A stretch of DNA of 64,000 nt from an uncultured virus (IMG/VR IMGVR_UViG_3300029920_000005) (lineage: Duplodnaviria; Heunggongvirae; Uroviricota; Caudoviricetes), in the IMG/VR virus record IMGVR_UViG_3300029920_000005; one strand, 5' to 3'. The translations under genes were made by a program, and so were the position numbers. Of the stretch, positions 56,334-64,000 are shown in pieces; the stretch's first letter is position 1, and each line of letters starts with the position of its first letter. The notes beneath the pieces are model-generated. The model was given only the letters and a program-made list of their open reading frames with translations, was not told where the DNA came from and ran no database searches.

Positions 56334-56377
56334 ATTATATACACACTAAATTATTTTGCAAGAATTATGTATGTATA
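56334..56377 (-). promoter_or_regulatory. acr promoter with inverted-repeat operator
   Basis: TTGCAA-16bp-TATAAT; TATACACAC (56338-56346) and GTATGTATA (56369-56377) form an inverted pair. Confidence 0.75.
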
Positions 56378-56400
56378 AAACAAAATATTCTGAGGTGCGC

Positions 56401-56970
56401 ATGAAGAAAGGCAAAGTCTCGAAGCTCAGACCGACGCAATGCGTCGTCGGCCTGGCTGAGGTCGCGGTCAAAAAGGCCGAGCTGTCGGCGCTATCGCCGC
56501 GCAAGCTGGATGAATACTTGCTGGCGCACCCGATTCCGTGCGTAGTCGGCCCGGGCGAGCATTTACACCTGGTCGATCATCATCACATGGGGCTGGCGCT
56601 GACGCAGATGAATCACCCTGACTGCTACATCGAGGTCGTGCATGACCTGTCGACCGTGCCGGAGGGTAAATTCCATCGCGTGATGCAGGCGCTGGATCTA
56701 CTGTACCTGCGCGCTGATGGGCAGGATTTGCCGTTGTACCGACTACCGAAGCGCCTGGCCGACCTGGCTGATGATCCATACCGGTCGCTGGCCGGGTTCG
56801 TGCGCAAGCGCGACGGGTTCGTCAAAGTGCCGGTGCCGTACACTGAGTTCGCATGGGCTGACTTTTTCCGCTCGCGAGTGCGTATCGACGATTGGAGCGC
56901 GGCGATTGAGCGGGCGTTAGAACTGGCGGTGTCGATTGAGGCGCAGTATCTTCCGGGGTTTGCTGGTTAA
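56401..56970 (+). CDS. ParB-like nuclease (ParBc_2 type)
   Basis: LRPTQ..VG, PIPCVVGP, LVDHHH, DDPYRSLAG, EFAWADF. Confidence 0.85.
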   Translation: MKKGKVSKLRPTQCVVGLAEVAVKKAELSALSPRKLDEYLLAHPIPCVVGPGEHLHLVDHHHMGLALTQMNHPDCYIEVVHDLSTVPEGKFHRVMQALDLLYLRADGQDLPLYRLPKRLADLADDPYRSLAGFVRKRDGFVKVPVPYTEFAWADFFRSRVRIDDWSAAIERALELAVSIEAQYLPGFAG

Positions 56971-57161
56971 AGCCTGGCGTACCCATGCGCGCGCCGGGTC
57001 TTGTCAATCTCGTTCATTCGTTCGCGGGAATAGGGTTCGGTGGCAGTGCCGCCGCTGCGCGACCACCGGCCACCCCATGATCGAATGATCACGGTCTGGC
57101 CGAATAAATCGTGTTGCACAGCGACGGCGTAATACCGTGACGGGCTGATATAGATACGCAT
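56967..57161 (-). CDS. Small WGR-domain protein
   Basis: RYYAVAVQHDLFG..VIIRSWGG; ends RRAHGY. Confidence 0.7.
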   Translation of the reverse strand: MRIYISPSRYYAVAVQHDLFGQTVIIRSWGGRWSRSGGTATEPYSRERMNEIDKTRRAHGYARL

Positions 57162-57292
57162 GATGATTGCACCAGAGGGGGAGTGGGCGCATTCAGCATG
57201 GCAGGGTGATCGGGCTTTGGGAAAGCTCAAGATGGCGGAATTGCGGGAAATTACGTGAAAGTGTTGCGTTATAACCCATTGTTTTTGCTCGC

Positions 57293-57356
57293 TTGAGCAT
57301 CTGCGCAACTGAGTATTTGAGCGTCTGCGCATTTGATCAATTGAGCATTTGCGCAT
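57293..57356. repeat. Eight tandem 8-mers (YTGMGCAT consensus), centromere-like
   Basis: TTGAGCAT CTGCGCAA CTGAGTAT TTGAGCGT CTGCGCAT TTGATCAA TTGAGCAT TTGCGCAT directly after the RHH gene stop. Confidence 0.8.
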
Positions 57357-57598
57357 TACGGATCGCGGCCGCTCGGGTTTTTGATGGGGCCAAGGCCATC
57401 GGCGGCACGCAGCAGGTTTAGGCCTTGGACGATTAGCGATTGCATCGGCTCGTGACGGCTGGTCGCCCAATTCTTGATGGCCTGGTGATCGTCGAAGTAA
57501 AGCCAGACGCCGACTTTCACTTTGTCCGGTTTGGCGATCTCGGCGCGCGCTGGCGCATCATCATCAACCAGGAACGATTTCAGGTCTATTTCCGGCAT
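57356..57598 (-). CDS. RHH centromere-binding protein (ParG-like)
   Basis: KVKVGVWL...HQAIKNWA.....MQSLIVQGLNLL; overlaps the parA end. Confidence 0.75.
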   Translation of the reverse strand: MPEIDLKSFLVDDDAPARAEIAKPDKVKVGVWLYFDDHQAIKNWATSRHEPMQSLIVQGLNLLRAADGLGPIKNPSGRDP

Positions 57599-58212
57599 AG
57601 TTCCTCCTTAACCCACGCCCATAGTGCGGTCATTTCAAGCGCCGCCTTGTCGCGCGGCTTGTATTCGTTGACCGATAGCCCGAGGGAAATAGCGTCCTCA
57701 AACGGCAACCGGTCGCCAATCCAGCACGGGATCACCGCGCCCAGTCCAGCCAGGTCAGCAGCGGTCTTATGCGCCTGATCCCGGCGACGCGCATGCACCC
57801 GGGTCAGTAGGAAATAGGGCGCCTTGCCCGCCGCGCGCGCCATTTTCGCCGAAGCTTGCACGCGGGCTATTTCGAGCGCCGCAGACGGCCTGACCGGGAT
57901 AATGATCATGTCGGCAGCTTGGGCGATCTGCGAGGACTCGTGTGCAAGGTGCGGCGGGCTATCAATGACCGCCAGGCTGAAGCCCTTGTTGTGCGCGGTG
58001 TGGATCGCCAGCTGCAACTCAGACGCATGCACCGCGGTGACGACCGGCGTTTCGGATACGCGCTGGCGCGCCCAGCTGGATGCGGATTTCTGCGGGTCGG
58101 CGTCCAGTAGGATGACGCGCTCGCCATCGTCCTGTGCGCGGCAGCTAGCGTGAATGGCCGTGGTGGATTTCGTTCCGCCGCCTTTCTGGCCGAAAAATGC
58201 GATCGTTTTCAT
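57586..58212 (-). CDS. parA: ParA-family ATPase (short, type Ib)
   Basis: QKGGGTKST, LLDADPQ, VIDSPP, ADMIIIPV. Confidence 0.9.
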   Translation of the reverse strand: MKTIAFFGQKGGGTKSTTAIHASCRAQDDGERVILLDADPQKSASSWARQRVSETPVVTAVHASELQLAIHTAHNKGFSLAVIDSPPHLAHESSQIAQAADMIIIPVRPSAALEIARVQASAKMARAAGKAPYFLLTRVHARRRDQAHKTAADLAGLGAVIPCWIGDRLPFEDAISLGLSVNEYKPRDKAALEMTALWAWVKEELCRK

Positions 58213-58370
58213 GCGGGCACCTTGGTGACGTACAGTTTGAAAATGACAACCTGTTTGTGCTGGTCGACGAAATAATTGATGTGTTCGATCCGCTGGTCAG
58301 GCGCTTTGAAATCCTTGGCGTAGTGATCGACCACTTCCGGGAGCGGAACTTCCTCATAGATGATGTCCAT
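58209..58370 (-). CDS. Small hypothetical protein
   Basis: 53 aa, ATGA overlap with parA. Confidence 0.55.
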   Translation of the reverse strand: MDIIYEEVPLPEVVDHYAKDFKAPDQRIEHINYFVDQHKQVVIFKLYVTKVPA

Positions 58371-58439
58371 GGGTTTCCTTTGGGCGTAAAAAAGCCCGCG
58401 AGTGCGGGCGGGGTCAGTACACATCCGGCAGTGCGCCGG

Positions 58440-59615
58440 CTATTTCTTCAATCGCTGCTGGTCTAGAAAATCAGACCAGTCCTGCATCATCGTGCGGCGC
58501 TCATCCATGTATTGCGCGTGGTTGTACGCCGCTTTGACCTTGTTGCGCTCCAAGTGCGCCAGCTGGATCTCGATCACTTTTTCGGGGTAGCCGAGCTCAT
58601 GCAGGATTGTTGAGGCGGTCGAGCGAAAGCCGTGGCCAGAGACAACGCCTTTGAAGCCGATTAGCTCAATGAGCCGGTTGATGGTCGTGCCGGTAATACT
58701 GTCATCTGGGCGTCGCGTATTGGGGAATACGAACGGCCTGCCTCCGTGGAACTTCTGCATGTGGTGAAGAATGGTAATGGCCTGGCGCGACAGTGGGACA
58801 ATATGATCAGTGCCCATCTTCATTTTGTCACCGGGGATGCGCCACGTCTGGTCGTCCAGACTGAAGTCATCCCACGTGGCGCGGCGGATCTCGATGGTGC
58901 GAACAAAGGTCAGCAGCATGAACTGTGCGGCGTTTTTTGCCGGGCCATAGCCCTGATAAGCATCGAGCGCGCGCAGGAACTGAGGCAAGTCATCAAGCCG
59001 CAGCGGTTTATGGTGACTGACCGGTGCTCGCTTCACGACACCGCCAAGCGGTGCCGTTGGGTCGTTGTCGCAGCGCAGAGTTGTTATACCGTGCCTGAAT
59101 GCCGCGCCGGCCCACTGGCGCGCATTCCGCGCAACAACCGGCGCGCCCCGTTTTAGTATCGCGTTGATCAGATCAAGACATTGCGCTGAAGTAACGGACC
59201 GAATCGGCAAGTCGCCAATACCGGGATAAACGTCAGCCGCCAGTGTTTTCTCTACTTGACGTTTGTATGGAGCGCTCCAGTGCTGGTTGGCTGCGATCCA
59301 CTCCTCTGCGACCATGCGGAATGTATTCTGATCTTGGTTGATTTGCCGGGCTATGGCTGCTTTTTTTGCCGTGTTCGGACTCTGTCCCGATGCCACCAGT
59401 GCGCGCGCCGCTTCCAGTAATTTGCGCGCATCTGCCAGGCCGACGGAGGGGTATTCTCCAATGGTAAACATACTGGCCTTTCCGTCCAGCCGGAAGCGGT
59501 AGCGCCATAGTTTTTGGCCGGATGGTCGTATCTCGACGCATAGCCCCTTGTGGTCAGCCAAGCGGTAGACCTTATCGGTCGGTTTGGCCTGTCGAATCTT
59601 GGTGTCTGACAGCAT
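58440..59615 (-). CDS. int: Tyrosine integrase (P4-like, N-terminal arm-binding domain)
   Basis: MLSDTKIRQAKP...; catalytic R (FVRT), HGFR, LAH, AAYN. Confidence 0.95.
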   Translation of the reverse strand: MLSDTKIRQAKPTDKVYRLADHKGLCVEIRPSGQKLWRYRFRLDGKASMFTIGEYPSVGLADARKLLEAARALVASGQSPNTAKKAAIARQINQDQNTFRMVAEEWIAANQHWSAPYKRQVEKTLAADVYPGIGDLPIRSVTSAQCLDLINAILKRGAPVVARNARQWAGAAFRHGITTLRCDNDPTAPLGGVVKRAPVSHHKPLRLDDLPQFLRALDAYQGYGPAKNAAQFMLLTFVRTIEIRRATWDDFSLDDQTWRIPGDKMKMGTDHIVPLSRQAITILHHMQKFHGGRPFVFPNTRRPDDSITGTTINRLIELIGFKGVVSGHGFRSTASTILHELGYPEKVIEIQLAHLERNKVKAAYNHAQYMDERRTMMQDWSDFLDQQRLKK

Positions 59616-59885
59616 TGTGAGTAAGGCCAGGTTAAATTGATCGCCAAATTGCGTTACTCACAATCTTACTCACAATTTAACGCGAAGGCATGCGAAAGGA
59701 TGCGAATTCATGCGAAGAGATAACTCGGGGAAGTTCGCCACGTAAGGATGCTACGCGATAGCATGCAACACAATGAGAGGCCCATGCCGGTTATCGATCA
59801 TCAACAGCATGGTGTGTGTTGAACCCTTGTGGTTGCTGTGTCTATTGGTGTGAGTGCGTGTATCTTACTCACAATCTTACTCACA
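59616..59885. promoter_or_regulatory. attP-like junction: arm sites, Xis-like repeats and core
   Basis: CTTACTCACA arm repeats: inverted at 59616-59625, tandem pairs at about 59654-59674 and 59864-59885; 10-bp-periodic TGCGAA x4 at 59681-59720. Confidence 0.85.
59790..59810 (-). other. att core corresponding to the first 7 codons of trpG/pabA
   Basis: ATGCTGTTGATGATCGATAAC = MLLMIDN, not continued by YDSF; lies between the arm sites. Confidence 0.8.
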
Positions 59886-60062
59886 TTGCCTTTTGATGAG
59901 GTTGGCTCGCCATTCATCAAACGCTTCCTTGGGCCAACGGGACGAGCAGCCATCCTTGATCGGTTTCGGGAACCGCCCGGCCTTCATGCGGCGGTAAATC
60001 GTCGCGTGATGATAGCCGGTCAGGGCGATTACATCCTTGAGAGTATAGAGCTGGCTTTCCAT
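59877..60062 (-). CDS. AlpA-family excisionase/regulator
   Basis: LKDVIALTGYHHATIYRRMKAGRFPKPIK...SRW. Confidence 0.9.
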   Translation of the reverse strand: MESQLYTLKDVIALTGYHHATIYRRMKAGRFPKPIKDGCSSRWPKEAFDEWRANLIKRQCE

Positions 60063-60186
60063 TATGACTCTTTCAGAAAAATGCCGCCACTGGGCAGCCG
60101 AATTGTGATGTGTTAAAAATGAGTAAACCGGGCAAAGCAAAGGCCGCATCAGCGGCCCGTCAGTTGTTCTTGCGGTAGCGGCATGC

Positions 60187-60585
60187 TCACGCCGCCAACT
60201 GCATCCGATCATGCTTTCGGAAAAACTCGTCAACCATCTCGTGCGCGTTATCGATGGCCGTCGAGACCATCCCGGTCGGCATTACCGCCAACAGGCCGCG
60301 ACACAGATCAAACGTCTGGCGTAGCGCCTCAAGCTCATCGCCCTTCGGCACAAAAGAACCGCGGTCATTGAATCGCACGCCGATATCAGCCAGCACATCT
60401 GCCGCAGCCTCGGATCGAGCCTTGGCCACCATCGCCAGACTGTCGGTGGCCCCGCCGCCACTGTGAGCCAGTACCTGATATCCGAGCTGCCAGATCATGC
60501 AATTGGCCTCACTCAGCGCGACGAACTGGTGCATCGTAAGATGCCCGGAGCGCAGCTCATCCAGAGCAAGGTAAGCCGGCAACAA
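60187..60585 (-). CDS. Phage hypothetical protein (start uncertain, possible 5' frameshift)
   Basis: Helical ORF; the nearest RBS-ATG at about 60646 is out of frame. Confidence 0.55.
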   Translation of the reverse strand: MLPAYLALDELRSGHLTMHQFVALSEANCMIWQLGYQVLAHSGGGATDSLAMVAKARSEAAADVLADIGVRFNDRGSFVPKGDELEALRQTFDLCRGLLAVMPTGMVSTAIDNAHEMVDEFFRKHDRMQLAA

Positions 60586-60802
60586 GATGTCGCGCTGGGC
60601 GTCTGCGGGTAGGTCTGCCTGATTTGCGCTTGCACTGCTTTTTCATCTCAACCTCCAAAAGGCGAAAATGGCGAGAAAATCAGATAGCCGATGAAAACCA
60701 CGACTTCGCCGGCCAGCAGATACAGCAGATCCCGATTCGCCTGGCAGAATTGCAAAGCGCCCATGGAAGGGCGCTTGTCGTGGGGCGGAATGGAGTTGGT
60801 TG

Positions 60803-60985
60803 TCAGCGCCATATCGGCGCCCCGTACGTGAGGGCTGCGACAGCCCCGCCAATAAATATTGACATAACAGCACACCCGCCGGCTTCGCTCGTGAACGGGT
60901 GTACGCCGCTAATCCAGCTGCAAAACCAACCGGCAAGCAAGGTTGCGGCAAAGACGACCCCGGTTGCGATTAAGCGCTGCCTCAT
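60803..60985 (-). CDS. Small two-TM protein
   Basis: 60 aa, GGAG RBS. Confidence 0.5.
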   Translation of the reverse strand: MRQRLIATGVVFAATLLAGWFCSWISGVHPFTSEAGGCAVMSIFIGGAVAALTYGAPIWR

Positions 60986-61148
60986 GATTTTGCTCCCGGC
61001 TTATGATGAACAAATTCGACGCACTTAACGACAACCGTCCCGTCTTTATCGGTTTTCATGACCGGCATGCCTTTAAATGGCAGCGACGAACAATCACGGA
61101 CGTCGAGGTGCTTGCATGCGGCGCACATGCTTCCGCTCGGGCGATGAT

Positions 61149-61346
61149 TCATGGCGCGACCTCCGGCACAGACGGCAGCGGCTCAGGGCATCCGCGATAC
61201 GCGCGCGTCATGCAACACTTCGTTACCGCACCAGTATTGCGACTGCCGGCAGCCCCGCACGCACCGCGGTGTTGATAAAGACCTGGCGACCAGCATTTTC
61301 GCTGCGGGCAGTTTTTGTCACAGCAGTCATACCCGTTGATTTTCAT
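61149..61346 (-). CDS. Small Cys-rich protein
   Basis: 65 aa, GGAGG RBS. Confidence 0.55.
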   Translation of the reverse strand: MKINGYDCCDKNCPQRKCWSPGLYQHRGACGAAGSRNTGAVTKCCMTRAYRGCPEPLPSVPEVAP

Positions 61347-61349
61347 GTC

Positions 61350-61715
61350 TCACCCTCCCGTCGCCGACACAAGATCCGGTTGCGAGTGGCAGATCCCGCA
61401 TGCGCCGTGATGCGCGGAGTCGGGGCAGGTCTGGCCGTGGTCGTGAGATGTCAAGGATTCCTTGACGACTGGCGCGGCGAGCATAGCGCGGGATATTCTC
61501 GCAGCCCACCAATCCGGGTCTTCGATGATTGTTCCGCTGGGCATTTCTCGCCGCAGCCATTCAACAAAGCCATCCGGAACACTCACCGGCTCCTGCGGGA
61601 TGCTGGCGAGGATGGCATGCGAATCCACCGGCTTCCGGTCACAGCCGCAGTCGTGCGCGGCATCAGTTGCATTGATCGCCGCAGTGATGAGTTTCAAATC
61701 ACGTTCTGCTCTCAT
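61350..61715 (-). CDS. Phage hypothetical protein
   Basis: EWLRREMPSGTII.DPDWWAARI motif. Confidence 0.6.
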   Translation of the reverse strand: MRAERDLKLITAAINATDAAHDCGCDRKPVDSHAILASIPQEPVSVPDGFVEWLRREMPSGTIIEDPDWWAARISRAMLAAPVVKESLTSHDHGQTCPDSAHHGACGICHSQPDLVSATGG

Positions 61716-62167
61716 TTCGTCCCTTTCAGTGCCGCGCGGCTGGCTTGCCAGTGCAGCCACGCGTTGCGCGTTTGCGCGTCGAGGTAATAGCCTTTCTCCG
61801 GGTTCCGATCGGTGAGGAATGCCGTGTACGTCTCAAACTCCGCCCGACTCTGCGCCTCGTCTGGCAGGGTAGGCGGTTGCGATGCGATGTAGAGCTGGGG
61901 CGAGTTTTGGTCAGCAACAGGGACGGCGTACGTTGCAACCAGTTGCCCATTGTCCAAGTAGTCAAAGCCGATGTGAATTGCTGTCACGGCATTCTCCCCA
62001 GGCATCGCCAGCGCGGCGCGGGCTTGCCATGCAGTCCACATGTCGGCGGTACGGCCCCATGTATAGCGCCCATCTGCGCGCCCCAGCGGCCTGGACTTCT
62101 CGCCGGCCAGCAGACGTTGTTGAATTTCAGCCCATTGCTTGTCAGTCAGTTTTGACGGGCGCCCCAT
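61712..62167 (-). CDS. Mosaic phage hypothetical protein
   Basis: MGRPSKLT start; two WxAWQAxxAAL modules. Confidence 0.6.
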   Translation of the reverse strand: MGRPSKLTDKQWAEIQQRLLAGEKSRPLGRADGRYTWGRTADMWTAWQARAALAMPGENAVTAIHIGFDYLDNGQLVATYAVPVADQNSPQLYIASQPPTLPDEAQSRAEFETYTAFLTDRNPEKGYYLDAQTRNAWLHWQASRAALKGTK

Positions 62168-62442
62168 GTCATTCACTCCATGTCTCAATGTTCGCAGTGT
62201 AGCGCAGGCCGCCGATTGATGCACCCCCGCCGGCACCCGCAATAACCGCCTCGATTTCCGGCGCAATACCTGACGCAGTAACGCAATCATCGAAGTCCAA
62301 TGCGGTGGTGGTCTTTGATATATCCCAGATTCATCGTTCACGCTCCCATTGATCTCGGCAATCAGCGTCGCACCAGCGGCGAGGTACTTCAAGTGCTTAG
62401 CCGCAGCATAGACAAACCCCGGTGGCAACCGGCCCGACTGGT

Positions 62443-62988
62443 TTACGGATAGACATCGCGGCGTCGGTCAGCATTTTCGCGCTCCTTCTCTACCATGTAT
62501 GCTACTTGCTCATCTTCCAGATCCTCATTGCGGGCAATCCCCGCCGCCTGCACCAACTCATAGTGTCGGCTGGCACGAAGGGTTTCGAGTTCAGCTTTAA
62601 GTCGATCAATCTCGTCTTGTTTTTCATCTAATCTTACAGCTTCAACACGAGTTGATAACAAACGAGCCATTTCTGTATTTTCAGATTTTAGCCTGTCGAT
62701 TTCGGCCTGTGCGTCTGGTGGATATGTGTAGAGCGGAATTGCATCGGATTGTTTATCGCGTTCGTTCCATCCATGGCACAGATACGGAGATACTTTTACT
62801 TTTTGCAATTCATCAGGCCGCATCCAGATAGAAGGATCAGGCTTCGGCAGTACCGTTTCGCTCGGGACGGCGTCAATCCAGTCAAGAGCGGCCTTGAGCG
62901 CATTCAGCAAATCCAGCTTATCCGCTTGGGCGGCTTGCCACGCCTCCCATGCGGTATTGGTTCTAACCAGTATCAGGATGATCATCAC
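62443..62988 (-). CDS. Mosaic phage hypothetical protein
   Basis: Shares its central part with the ORF at 1-312. Confidence 0.65.
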   Translation of the reverse strand: MMIILILVRTNTAWEAWQAAQADKLDLLNALKAALDWIDAVPSETVLPKPDPSIWMRPDELQKVKVSPYLCHGWNERDKQSDAIPLYTYPPDAQAEIDRLKSENTEMARLLSTRVEAVRLDEKQDEIDRLKAELETLRASRHYELVQAAGIARNEDLEDEQVAYMVEKERENADRRRDVYP

Positions 62989-63458
62989 GCAGCGTCCTTG
63001 AATGCCGGCGCAAGCGCCGCGTATTTGGCCCAGCGCTCGTCAGCGTTGCCAACGAATGCGGCCCAGGCTGCCACCTCCATGCCGGGCACGAGCTCGAGCA
63101 GCGCGCAGGCCAGCTGCCGGAGCATGCGCAGCTCGTCGCCATTGATCACCACCCGGTCGTTGATACCATTTCGCCGGCAGCGCTCTGCGGCCTCGATCCA
63201 TCCGTCGCCGGCGGATTCGGCCGCCCGCTTGAGCCCGGGGTGGTTGTAATAGAGCGCGGCGTCGTAGGCGGCCGAACAGTAGCGGGTGACGATGCGCGTT
63301 GTCGCGCCGTGACCATAGCCTTGGGCGACCTCGTGCAGGTGCGCGAGGAAGGGTAGTAGCTGGGTGTCGGCGTCCGCAGCACCAACGCGCTGCTTGCCGG
63401 CGATCATCAGCATCGGGTTGCGGGCCGCGCGCGGGATGCGCTTCGGTTTGGTGGTCAT
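62985..63458 (-). CDS. Phage hypothetical protein
   Basis: 157 aa coupled ORF. Confidence 0.7.
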   Translation of the reverse strand: MTTKPKRIPRAARNPMLMIAGKQRVGAADADTQLLPFLAHLHEVAQGYGHGATTRIVTRYCSAAYDAALYYNHPGLKRAAESAGDGWIEAAERCRRNGINDRVVINGDELRMLRQLACALLELVPGMEVAAWAAFVGNADERWAKYAALAPAFKDAA

Positions 63459-63483
63459 GCGGCACCGCCATCATTGATCTTGT

Positions 63484-63873
63484 TCATGCTGCTTTCTCCT
63501 GTTTGAGTATCCCGCGCCCGATCATCGTGATTCGCATTCTGGCCGTAGCCAGTCGGCGTTTTGCCGCTTTGCGCTGCTGGATTAAATCGTGTGCGCACAG
63601 GCAGGCGGGGCAGATTGCCAGTTCTTCGCGGATCTCGGAATCGGTTAGGTAGTCGAACTCGCCATCAATAGCCACTGGCTCATATGCGATGTGAAGATGT
63701 GTCACGTCATCACCGTCTTTCCACTTTCCGTCTTCACCTGAATATTCAAACCGCCCTTTGACGCCATTGCAGCCATGCAGTGCGGACTGAAGGTCTTTCG
63801 ACAGTCGTTTAACATCAGCTTGCGCCAGCGCGATATTGCGAATTGCGTCTAAGGCGCGTTGACCTTTATCCAT
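63484..63873 (-). CDS. Homologue of 560-949
   Basis: 129 aa, highly similar. Confidence 0.8.
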   Translation of the reverse strand: MDKGQRALDAIRNIALAQADVKRLSKDLQSALHGCNGVKGRFEYSGEDGKWKDGDDVTHLHIAYEPVAIDGEFDYLTDSEIREELAICPACLCAHDLIQQRKAAKRRLATARMRITMIGRGILKQEKAA

Positions 63874-64000
63874 TATTCCTCTCCCGCCTCATACCCAGGA
63901 CGCATCACCAGCGATTCGCGCCAGTCGATTCCGATGGTGTCTATTGGCAATATATGATCGATACGCGCTTGAGCGTGCCATGATCCCCACGCACTTGTGC
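63873..64000 (-). CDS. 3' end of the homologue of 949-1344 (partial)
   Basis: Near-identical DNA. Confidence 0.75.
   Translation of the reverse strand, partial: TSAWGSWHAQARIDHILPIDTIGIDWRESLVMRPGYEAGEE

Larger units (their letters stand above)
1..59810. mobile_element. Prophage 1 (lambdoid organisation, contractile tail); left end lies outside the window
   Basis: Continuous early/immunity/replication/packaging/head/sheath-tube-baseplate/lysis gene order ending in an integrase and an att core. Confidence 0.95.
59790..64000. mobile_element. Prophage 2 left arm (related to prophage 1), continues beyond the window
   Basis: Starts at the att core with an excisionase; shares blocks with 1-168 and 560-1076 but has different genes between them. 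Confidence 0.85.

Noticed and set aside
57293..57356. CRISPR array or replication iterons
   Set aside because: Contiguous degenerate 8-mers without spacers, next to an RHH par gene and with no Rep; a centromere fits better
56401..58212. Canonical ParAB pair
   Set aside because: The ParB-like gene is on the opposite strand, lacks an HTH and is separated from parA, which has an RHH partner
1..64000. Single circularly permuted phage genome or terminal redundancy explaining the end repeats
   Set aside because: The repeated blocks carry substitutions and enclose different genes, so they are two related elements, not one sequence read twice (mis-assembly not fully excluded)

Overview
The whole window is temperate-phage DNA (GC-rich, proteobacterial-looking), with no ordinary host genes. 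Bases 1-59789 are most of one lambdoid-organised prophage with a contractile tail. Its left/early arm carries a C5 methyltransferase, a decayed diversity-generating retroelement with two Lcl target genes, RdgC, an exonuclease and a Sak4-like ATPase. Its enlarged immunity region holds a small ORF, an AHL-type LuxR solo, an XRE, accessory genes including an Mrr nuclease, and a CI with no peptidase domain. These are followed by cro/cII, replication, nin, Q, packaging, head, tail and baseplate genes, a lysis cassette that also carries PLD and patatin genes, two separate anti-CRISPR operons, a ParA/RHH/centromere cassette and a P4-type tyrosine integrase. At 59790-59810 an attP-like junction, whose core reads as the start of trpG/pabA (MLLMIDN), joins it to the left arm of a second, related but non-identical prophage (AlpA-type excisionase onward; 62659-62826 and 63484-64000 are near-copies of 1-168 and 560-1076). 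The most interesting signals are: (i) an XRE-LuxR-small ORF module whose XRE shares its C-terminal domain with the non-cleavable CI; (ii) two acr operons (AcrIC5-like fusion, AcrIF6-like) that share an unrecognised 55-aa acidic domain fused to different partners; (iii) a DGR frozen by an avd-RT deletion; (iv) two phospholipase-family genes inside the lysis cassette. Family assignments come from motif recognition and recalled sequences, not database searches.
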